Source: Chara braunii (taxonomy: Eukaryota > Plantae > Charophyceae). Taken from it: a DNA stretch of 64,000 nt. Where the stretch lies: positions 2,682,625 to 2,746,624 of the forward strand of contig BFEA01000007.1 of NCBI GenBank assembly GCA_003427395.1, given 5' to 3'. The position numbers and the translations under genes were made by a program. Shown here piece after piece: positions 36,036-46,230 of this stretch; the first letter of the stretch is position 1; every line of letters begins with the position of its first letter. Below the pieces are notes generated by a model that had not been told where the DNA came from, ran no database searches, and saw only the letters and a program-made list of their open reading frames with translations.

Positions 36036-39000
36036 TTTTTNNNNNNNNNNNNNNNNNTTTTTTTTAACATCCTTGCTGGGGAAAAGAGGGGATGCTGATA
36101 AGAGCAGACACCCCCTCTAATCTCCCTGCTCACGCGATGGCTCCGTTCCATTGGTGGGGAGCTGCACCTGCTGGAAAACGGGTCCAACGTCCCTTTACAT
36201 CACTTGAAGAGACACCGAACTACACATGCTGGGAACCGGGCCCAGCGTCCCTTCTGAAACGATCAGAGCATCCTTGTACCTCTTCACCTTGAAAGGGCGC
36301 CAAAAAATCGTGACCATTTAGCACCTCTAATCCTCCTGTTATCAGAGATTTTCCCCCTTGAAAAATAGGCCCAGCGGTTTGTCTGGGACTAATATTGATG
36401 CTTGCTGAGATACCGATTTTTTGAAACTGCAATTTGTGTCTAGCTGCCAAAAACCTTCCCCGCAGACAGGTAGACAAAATACAGAGACTACTACTGTCAA
36501 GCATGTCCATACTATGAAATAAGAACTAAGGCAAGCTTGGATGGAGGGAAAGGATCAGGGAATTCGGAAAAGGGCCTTAGGGGGATGGAGGGATCGATGT
36601 TGGTCCAGTCATTAAAGTGTAAGATATACTTTCTTGGGGGCTCATTCTGAGCAATCTCACACCCTCCATTCCATTTAACATGTCCTATTTTACCTCCTTG
36701 GTCCCCTCCAAGCCAGTTTTGATTAAATGTTTTTATGTGCTGTTCGATATCCTTTTCTGTTTTTAGAGTTTCAATCTTTTCTTTGACAAAATCCCATCTG
36801 AAGTTGATTTCTAATTGGACTTGCTGTTTAATGGAGTCTGTGAACTCAGAGCCATCGAGCCGTGCACCCTCCATTTCAAACGTACACCTACACGTTCATA
36901 TGGCCCATATGATAACTCTTCTTCCAATCGCGAATAGATTGGTTGTGAAGTTATCATCGTTGGATGGGACCCAGGTTTCCAGAAGGAGGGCTTTCCAATT
37001 CCATGGCCATGGCAGGGAGGTTCCAATCTGATCCCAAATCCTATCCCACCAGCGCCAGATCCATACCGCACCTGGGCACTGTAGAAATATATGCTCTATG
37101 GTTTCCGGGATCAATTTGGATGGAAAGGCAAATCTGCAGAATTTGAGGGAAGGGCTATACCCCTTTTCTCCAGTGCCGTTCTATCAATAATCCAGTCATT
37201 GGTTGGCAAGCATCGGTGAGTGATCTGCCATTGTAGTGATGCAACTTTCGCTGGTTTGGATTTGGTTGAATGGAACCATTTAACTGACTGGAGATCTTCT
37301 TTGCTTATATTCAAGTGTCTCATCCATCTCTCTTGAATTATATCCTTTAAATTAATCCTAGGGCGCAACATTCTGTACGTGAATTTTACCGTCAGCGTAT
37401 GAAGAGTTTGGGTATGTGAGCGTCCTGCATATGCAAAAGAAGACCAGGACCAACTTACAGGGTCAATGGGGAGATGGGAAATATGAGTGTCTGGTTTGTA
37501 AGCCAGCAGCCTATCCTTCGTTAGAACTCTAATCCTAAATAAGCGGAATGATTGGATTAGACTCAAAATTTGTTGTGAAGTGTTCCTGAGGAATCCGTCA
37601 TCACTCAAGTCAAAAACTGTCATTAATACATCGCCAGAAACATTGACTTCATTGATCTTTCCTACTATCTCTGGTTGATCATGTATGGATATCCAATCGT
37701 TTGGCATGAGAGTAGAACCTTTCTTCAGGATCCTAACCCAATCAAGAGGAATAATATCTATTATTTGTTCCAAAGCTTCCTTCTGATGATGACAGTGTTT
37801 TAATCTGACATTGATATTCGGTAAATCAATCCAATCATTNGTCTCCTTATTCCAGATATCTCTAATCCTTGTGACTCCTCTTGAAATCCAACCCTTCCAA
37901 GGGGAATCTGTGCAGGGAAGGGTGCAACCATGTGCATCTCTGATTAGAGTATTATTGAATAAGGGTTGTTGGCAAACTTCTTTCCATCTTTCCGGCGTTA
38001 CTTTATCTAGAATGGGGAGTTTTCTCCAAGTTTTTAGTAGGTCAATCCAGAAAGGATCCCTGGAAAGATCCCCCCTAACTGTCTGGCGATCAGAAAGTAC
38101 TATATCTGGGGAGACTGATGGGGATGATCTGGGGAGAGGCCACGCGCGATTCTCCAACCACATAAGCGGGTCAACCTCTTCGGGAGTAGGTGGGGCCAGG
38201 CGCCTGATCTATTCAATAGCTAGGATACTCCATGGTGTTTGGGGGTTGAAAAGAAGACACTTAATCCATTGGATTGAAAGCGCTTTCACTTGAGTGGTGG
38301 GGTCAATTATGTCCAATCCTCCCTTTGATTTGGGTTGAATTATTTATTGTCATGCTACTCTGCTAATAACATATTTTGATTCATGATTACCTCGCCAAAG
38401 AAAAGCTGCCAACTGCCCCTGTAGGATTCTGATAAAGACCTTATCAAGAGCCCAGAGCGTCGATTTGTACCAAATAGAAGCCACAACCACATTGTTAATG
38501 GCAAGTGTTCTTCCTATCAACGAGGTATGTTTGTCTTTCCATAATTCCAGTTTAGATATTGCATATTTCAGGATACCTTCATTATTGGATGCTGTTTTGC
38601 CCATGGCTGAGAGAGAAATCCCAAGTACCCTCACCGGGGAATCAATAGGGAGCCACTTGATCATTGGAAGTTCTGGAGGCCTAACTCCCTAGTAGTGAAT
38701 CCACCAACCTATGGTTTTACTCCCCCAGTTTACCTTCATGTCAGAGAGTTTGCAGAATTCATCCATAATACGTTGAATTGCCTCAAGATTCTCATGTGAG
38801 GCATCCACCATAAGAGAAAGATCATCAGCAAAGAGAGAGCATACTGGAATAGCATCCTCTGGTATAGATGTGTTTTGGATGCGCTTGATATCTTTGTGAT
38901 GACGTATATTGGCTGCCAAGGCTTCCATAATGATTACAAAGAGGAGCGGGGCAATGGGATCGCCTTGCCTAACTGGCCTTTGTAATATTATGGGTAGGGT

Positions 39001-39671
39001 TACATTACCATTAACCACAACTCTTGTAGATGCATTCTCGTGTAAGATTTTAACCCACCTTCTGAAATTTGGTCCGAAGTTGAACTTCTCAAGACATTTA
39101 TCCAGGAAGAGTCAATCAACATGATCATAAGCTATCTCAAAATCGATAAAGATGAAAGCAACATTATGTTTAGATTGGCGTGAAAGTTTAACTAAGACAT
39201 CCTGGTAAAAATCCATTAGGTCTTGGGCAATAAATTCCCACAGGGATTCCCAGAACTCCTTAGGAAGTTCATCTATACCTGAAGTTTTTTCTTCGTCCAT
39301 GGGCATCAAAGCTGTCCAAATCTCTTATTTTGTCAATGCACTTTTAAACATATTCCTTTGCGACTCAGTTAGAGATTTTTTCAAAGGTATGAGGAAGTTA
39401 TCAATATCTTTATTTCGTTGATTTATTGGAATTGATTCCGTGTCAGAGAGGAAGAGGGATTTAAAGAAATCTCTTGCAATTTTGGAACACTCAGGTGTGG
39501 ATGTTGCTAGTTGTTCATTTTGACGATGAGGGTGCGCAAGAGCTTGAATTACCGTTCTCCCTGTTCGAGCTCTAGCCAAAGCGAAAAAACTTGCATCCAT
39601 TCCTCCTTCAGTAGTCACCAGGCGAAGCTTGCCCCTTATCCGTGTTCCTTGCCAACGATATTCCATAAGGG
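36036..39671 (-). mobile_element. L1-clade LINE A, 3' half (RT, zf-RVT, 3' UTR, poly-A)
   Basis: IDFEIAYDHVD, VRQGDPIAPLLF, SLFADD, WQITHRCLPT...CPFHP...ETIEHIFLQCP. A poly-T run flanks the gap at 36036-36066. RT subdomains 1-2 appear deleted. Confidence 0.93.
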
Positions 39672-41950
39672 TTAAGAGCCGGTCCTTCACAGTGGTAAAA
39701 AGAGAGTGTGATGGTAGCAGGACAGGTGGAGGAAAGGGATGTCCAACCCTCTCACACAAGGGAAGTGAAAGAGCCAAGGGCATCAGAAAGGGTTGGGTCA
39801 GGAACAAGCCACGTGACACAAGGCCTAGAGGAAAAAGTCCGCACACTACGCATTTAGGCTCCACCAAATAGAGGACCCCTTCCAGCAGGCCTTTGGCCAG
39901 AGGGCCAAAGCCAATGGAGGTGGAAGGGCCGGAACATCGGACAAAAGAAACATCCACGCCGCCACCAAAAGTGATCAGGATGGACCCCTCGTCGGAAACA
40001 CAACAGGAGATAGGGGACAGGGTGAAGGCCCTGATGGAATCATGGAATGGCTCCATGCGCAACTAAAGTGTCACTATGCATCGGGCATATCTTGATTTTT
40101 TCGAAATGTTGGACTAGCCCGAGCCTCCAACAGGCTCTGGAACACGGGCTCCCCTAGTCATCCAGCGGGCAGGAAACCTGGCATCGGGTGTGGTGCATTG
40201 TCCACCATCATGTCGACTGCCCCCCCCCCCCCCCCCCCCGGAGCATTGCCACTCCTCCTGTCTCTTATACACATCTAGATGTGTATAAGAGACAGGGCAG
40301 TGTGTTGTACATGGGATCCAGGGAATGCGNNNNNNNNNNNNNNNNNNNNNNNNNNNNNNNNNNNNCGGGGCAGGAGCAATGCTGCTCCTTCCCATCCGCC
40401 TCTTTTCAGGACTGTCTGTCGGCATCACCGGTTGTCCCTCCCCCCCCGTTAGCCCCTGACCCCCCAGCTCAAGCTGCAGCCACCCCAAAGGATCCAGATG
40501 GAAAGGACCCAAAACTCCCCTACCGGCCGCTCTTGTGGCACCTAATCGAAAAATGGCTTTATCAAGGGTCGTTGCCCCCAGGGGACAAGGTTTTAACTAT
40601 CCCTATTAGGAAAAAAAATGGCAGATGGGAAGTCGGCCTCTCCCTGGCGGAAGAAAATGACTACTCTCTCGGCAGGGGACCGCTCACGCTGCATGGCTGG
40701 AGGCTGCAACAAGACACGGAAGGGCAGTGCAGTTTCAAGCTTAAGGAGGCAAAGGAATTTATCAGTGCACATTATGAAGCGGGGGCAAAAGTCATGATTT
40801 GAGTGGGGTTGGACTCCTGTAGAATCGCGGATAATGACCTATATATTCTTTTTGATGAAAAGATCGAGGCAGATTTTACCTAGGTGTCACACAATGCGTT
40901 ATTAGAATTGCAACATCTTAAAATCAAACCCAGTCATATCTGGCCTTATACGAAAATAATCACCGCCTTGTGCTCCATTGTTCGGAAGAATATAATCAAC
41001 GAAGGGGTCGCGTGGGATCATCAAATGTGGCAACTACCTATAGGACAAAAAACAGGGGAAACGGTCTTGACACTAGGAGAATGCAATGGATTGAAGCATT
41101 ATGCAGCCGCAATAAGTTATGGCACAACACTCTTCGTAATGCAGACCTAGACCTCAGGTCCGTTAATGTAAACGGTATGGCCACACTTTGTCCGGACAAA
41201 TCCCAGGCCATACGGGACCTTCTTTGGGGGGTGGAGGGACGAAGTTGGCCAGACGTGGTCTGCGTCCAGGAAACGCACCTGACTGATTCCCTTGATCACA
41301 ACAGAGCACATAAGGCGGTTTGGCCATACCAGGTCTACAAGGCGCATGCACCGCGGTCAGCGAGTGTGGGGACAACAATCTGGATTCCCCTAGAGTCCCG
41401 CCTAGAGATCTTATACCATGAAAGGGACATGGAGGAGGGTCGTTGGGTTTCAGTACTGGGGGCACTACAATTAGAGGTTGTCTTTATTTTTTGCATCTAC
41501 GCCCCCAACGCTGTAGAGGAACGCAAGAAATTCTTTCAAAAAATTCAAACGAAAATGCCGCAAGGCATTCCCATCGTTCTCGCCAGGGATTTTAACGCAG
41601 CCCTTGACCGTTGGTTAGACCGCTGGCAAGTCCCCCTTGCCTCCAGGCATCAGGCAGAGGAAGACAAAGGCATGCTTAACTGTTTGTGCAGTTCTCTCTC
41701 CTTTTTTGATACTTTCCGCCGCTCCTTTCCTACGGAACGGGCCTTTACGTGTAACAAGGTTCTCCAAATCAAGGATTGATCTGATTCTCATCTCAGAAGA
41801 CCTGGCGGGCAGTTTCACACTCACAACAATCCTCCCATCCAACCCTTATCTTGGTCTGGATCACAAAATGTGCATGATAGCGCTGACCATTCGAAAGAGG
41901 CCGGACCAAGGTCTGGGCTTCTATAAACTAAATACCTCTTTGCTCCATCG
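39668..41950 (+). mobile_element. L1-clade LINE B, middle part (ORF1 C-terminus and APE endonuclease), truncated
   Basis: RSVNVNG, CVQETH, CIYAPN, RDFNA, KSRIDLI, LDH and YKLNTSLL motifs. Interrupted at ~40070-40365. Confidence 0.9.
40258..40295. other. Nextera mate-pair junction adapter (artefact)
   Basis: Full 38-bp junction. The following 34 bp equal 34824-34857. Confidence 0.98.
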
Positions 41951-42152
41951 GGCCCCGGGGAGCAATCCTCCCGCCCGCCCGACGCCTGCCTGTGCCCCGA
42001 ACAGGTGGTCGGACAGGCCCATGGCAGCAGCAGTGGCGACGACTTTGCACCTTCGTATTGATGTACCAGCTCTGATTTGTCGTTGTCCGGGTTGACAACC
42101 CCCTTCTCTTCCGGGTAGGGGGTCGGTCTTGTTGAAACGACACCATATTGTA

Positions 42153-42308
42153 GAACTCTCGGTGAACGAATATCTTGGCCCTCACAACGATGAAGAGCGC
42201 AACGAAATGCGATACTCAATGTGAATTGCCGAAATATGTGAGCCATCGATACCTTGAACGCACGTGGCGCCCAAGGCTTCTATCGAGGGCATGCCCGCCT
42301 GAACATCA
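42153..42308 (+). pseudogene. Orphan 5.8S rRNA pseudogene with probable ITS1/ITS2 flanks (~41950-42370)
   Basis: AACTCTCGG...CGATGAAGA.CGCA.CGAAATGCGATAC...GTGAATTGC.GAA...TTGAACGCA...GAGGGCATG. Normally invariant motifs are substituted and no 18S or 28S lies nearby. Confidence 0.88.
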
Positions 42309-42384
42309 TTGGATTCCTCTCGACCCCAGCACCTTCCAGTTCGAAGAGTGGTGGGCTCCGTGGTCGTGGTTTCCCTCCCTTCCC

Positions 42385-42414
42385 AATCAATCAATCACTC
42401 CGTTGAGATCGACG

Positions 42415-42446
<32 letters not shown>

Positions 42447-42569
42447 AATTGATGGATTGATTGATTGATTGATTGAATGAATGAGGCGTCCTACCCGCCT
42501 CCTCCTCCATCACCCGCCTCCAATCAATCAATCAATCAATTAATCAATCAATCCATCAATCCATCAATC

Positions 42570-42601
<32 letters not shown>

Positions 42602-42875
42602 CTTCTTCTTCTTCTTCTTCTTCTTCTCCCTATTCTTCTTCTTCATATTCTTTTTCTTTTTCTTCTTCTTCTTCTTCTTCTTCTTCTTCTTCTTCTTCTT
42701 CTTCTTCTTCTTCCGCCCGCCTCCTCATCCGCCTTGCTCCGCCCGCCTCCGCCCGCTACCTCCTCCGCCCGCCTCTGCCTGCCACCTCCTCCGCCCGCCT
42801 CCGCCTGCCTCCGCCCGTCTTCGCCCGCCTCCGTCCGCCTCCGCCCGCCTCCTCCTTCGTCGTCCTCTGCCCCAT

Positions 42876-42917
<42 letters not shown>

Positions 42918-42935
42918 CATCGAGGATTGATTGAC

Positions 42936-42986
<51 letters not shown>

Positions 42987-43763
42987 GGCGTCCTACCCAC
43001 CTCCTCCGCCATCACCCGCCTTCAATCAATCAATCAATCAATCAGTCAATCAATCAATCAATCTACTTCTTCTTCAGCCCGCCTCCTCCTCTGCCCGCCT
43101 CCGCCTGCCTCCGCCCGCCACCTCCTCCGCNNNNNNNNNNNNNNNNNNNNNNNNNNNNNNNNNNNNNNNNNNNNNNNNNNNNNNNNNNNNNNNNNNNNNN
43201 NNNNNNNNNNNNNNNNNNNNNNNNNNNNNNNNNNNNNNNNNNNNNNNNNNNNNNNNNNNNNNNNNNNNNNNNNNNNNNNNNNNNNNNNNNNNNNNNNNNN
43301 NNNNNNNNNNNNNNNNNNNNNNNNNNNNNNNNNNNNNNNNNNNNNNNNNNNNNNNNNNNNNNNNNNNNNNNNNNNNNNNNNNNNNNNNNNNNNNNNNNNN
43401 NNNNNNNNNNNNNNNNNNNNNNNNNNNNNNNNNNNNNNNNNNNNNNNNNNNNNNNNNNNNNNNNNNNNNNNNNNNNNNNNNNNNNNNNNNNNNNNNNNNN
43501 NNNNNNNNNNNNNNNNNNNNNNNNNNNNNNNNNNNNNNNNNNNNNNNNNNNNNNNNNNNNNNNNNNNNNNNNNNNNNCCGCCTCCATCTGCCTTCGCCCG
43601 CCACCTCCTCCGCCCGCCTGCGCTCGCCTCCGCAGGCCGCCTCCTCCGTCGTCCTCCGCCCCATACAATCAATCAATCAATCAATCCGTCGAGATCGATT
43701 GATTGAATGAGGCGTCCTACCCGCCTCCTCCGCCATCACCCGCCTCCAATCAATCGATCAATC

Positions 43764-43795
<32 letters not shown>

Positions 43796-43935
43796 CTTCT
43801 TCCGCCCGCTTCCGCCTCCGCCCGCCTCCGCCCGCCACCTCCTCCCCCCGCCTCCGCCCGCCTCCGCCCGCCACCTCCTCCGCCCGCCTCCACCCACCTT
43901 CGCTCGCCTCCGCCTGCCTCTGCCCACCTCCGCCC
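42385..43935. repeat. Higher-order tandem repeat built from (AATC)n/(GATT)n, (CTT)n and (CCGCCT)n
   Basis: The anchor TGAGGCGTCCTACCC.CCTCCTCC.CCATCACCCGCC recurs at ~42482, 42984 and 43708. Confidence 0.88.
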
Positions 43936-43939
43936 GCGA

Positions 43940-44880
43940 GATAGGGGGAGGAGGAGATGGAGGAGGACAAACTAGAGAAGGAATAAGAGATGTATGAGAA
44001 CAAGATGGGGGGGGAGAAGATGGAGGAAGTGGAGGAGATGGCGAAGGAGATAAGGGTTGAGAGAGAGGAAGAGGACGATATAGAGGAGGAGGAGGAGGGG
44101 ATCGAGGAGAAAATGGAGGAGGGGTACAAGATGGAGGAGGAGAAGATGGAGGAGGAAGAGATGGAGAAGGAGATACAGGAGGTGCGGTAGGAGATGGAGG
44201 AGGAGGAGAAAATGGAGTAGGAGATGGAGGAGGAGGAGAAAATGGAGTAGGAGATGTAGGAGAAGAAGATGCAGGAGGAGAAGATGGGGGAGGAGGAGAT
44301 GGACGAGGAGTTGGAGGAGGAGACAGAGGAAGAGGACAACATAGACGAGGAAAAGTAGGGGAAGGAGGAGGAGAAAATGGAGGAGGGGGGGTAGGAGATG
44401 GAGGACAAGATGAAGGAGGAAGAGATGGAGGAGGAGATAGAGGAGTTGTGGAACGAGATGGAGGAGGACATGGAGGAGGAGTAGATGGTGGTGGATATGG
44501 AGAAGTGGATGGTGGAGGAGCATGGAGGACATGGAGGAGGAGAAGACGGTGGAGGAGGACATGGAGGAGTAAATGGTGGAGGAAATGGAGGAGGACTAGA
44601 TGGTGGAGGAGCATGGAGAATGGTGGAGGAGGAGTAGATGGTGGGGGAGGACATGGAGGAGTACATGGTGGAGGACATGGAGGAGGAGTAGATGGTGGAG
44701 GAGCATGGAGGACATGGAGGAGGAGTAGATGGTGGAGGAGGACATGGAGAAGGAGTAGATGGTGGAGGAGCATATGCAGGAACAAATGAAGGAGGTGGAG
44801 ATGGAGGACCAGGGGATGGACGTGGAGGACATGAAAGAGAATACGGAGGCAGGAGGAGTAGCAGATGGAGGAGGAAATGA
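43940..44880. repeat. (GGA)-rich degenerate minisatellite
   Basis: GGAGGAGATGGAGGA / GGACATGGAGGAGGAGTAGATGGT units. The ORFs here are low-complexity by-products. Confidence 0.85.
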
Positions 44881-45123
44881 TAAAGTTTAAGGAACTAACA
44901 TTACATTACTGAATCAACAAACATTTCATCCCTATACGATGCCATTTGCAATTGTTTGCCCTTCTTTTTTTTTTTTTTTTTTTTTCATGCAGCTGATACA
45001 AACCAGTCGGTGCTTTGCAGAGTCCAAGACCAACAGTCGTGCGTCGCCAGGAGTGCACAGTTGCAGACAGTAGTCGTTGGTCAATCGCTTCTAGCACCGC
45101 ACCACCATCACCTTTTGCGAGCT

Positions 45124-46230
45124 ATGGTATCCGGCGATCCGCCAGTACACGGCGTAGAGGGACCCCGCTACCACCATTTGAGCCTGCACCCAAGCACAAG
45201 CAAGATGACTTAAGGCGCGGTCCTGTAGTTTGGGAGTGGGTTGAGAGGGGCCAGGAGTGGGGGAAGGAAGGCGGCGGCAACTTCCTTATCCGTTGCCGCC
45301 TATGCCAAGAGGTTTTCACTGGTTCTAGGTCTCGTGGAGTTTAGCACTTCACGAAGCAGAAGGCGCACTGGCCGCGGCGGAGTGCAGAGATTTTGTACAA
45401 GTTGCGAAGTGTAGGGGCAGTCCTTAATGATGCCATCTCGCAGCGCCTTGCTTCAGAGTACGAGGAGAGGGTGGAGGGTGATATGGCTGCGGACGACCTC
45501 CGTCAGTACATGGAGGCGGAGGGGGGTGGAGAGGCGGAGTAGTCATAGCCCGGGGCACCCTTGCATGGTAGAGGAGCGAATGGTGGCGATGTCGGTGGGG
45601 GAACAATCAGACTGGTGAACGATTTGGATCTAGATCATTGGCGTGGTGGTAGGGCATGAGGCGACACAACCTACAGGTTTTGAGGACGCGTTACCCTGTG
45701 GAGGAGGAGGTGTCGAAGGTGTGGGTGACGCTTATCAAACAGGTGGATGTAGTGTTAGTAGAGTCCCCGCCTCCACATCCATAGTGTCGAGGGGGCAGTC
45801 GACTTTGGATCTCCATATAGGGAACAAGATCCAGATAGATCTTGATCGTTGTGGGCCCTCGCTATCTATCGTGGCGGAGCGGCCTTCAACTAGCTGCGGT
45901 TGGCTGAGACGCAGCAGTTGTGGGATTACATATGCACTCTATTCCGTCCCACGATAGTACCAGTTCCACGACTCCTCTAGTATGAGGGGGTTGTTAGATA
46001 TTATCTTCCATTAGGTCGCAACCCTCATTGCCCCTAAGAAGGCAAAGTGGGCTACTTATGGCTGCACGTTGATGACGGACGGGGCAACTGATACGACAAA
46101 CAGGCCCATTATGAACTTCATCGCGGCAGGGGAGTCCGGACCCATCCTCATCCTGACGATTGACATGTCGCATCGCGACAAAATCGGCGTTAGCTTAGTG
46201 GAGATTTGGGAGGACATTATTCGAAATGAC
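45124..46230 (+). pseudogene. hAT transposase, 5' half (BED zinc finger and DUF659 N-terminal part)
   Basis: VWEWV...CRLCQEVF...HF (BED finger) and GCTLMTDGATDTTNRPIMNF...WEDIIRND. Confidence 0.9.

Noticed and set aside
42153-42308. Functional 5.8S rRNA gene
   Set aside because: Conserved motifs are mutated and there is no flanking 18S or 28S.
43758-44880. Long Pro/Ser-rich, extensin-like ORFs
   Set aside because: By-products of a GGA/TCC minisatellite that is open in several frames, with no gene structure.
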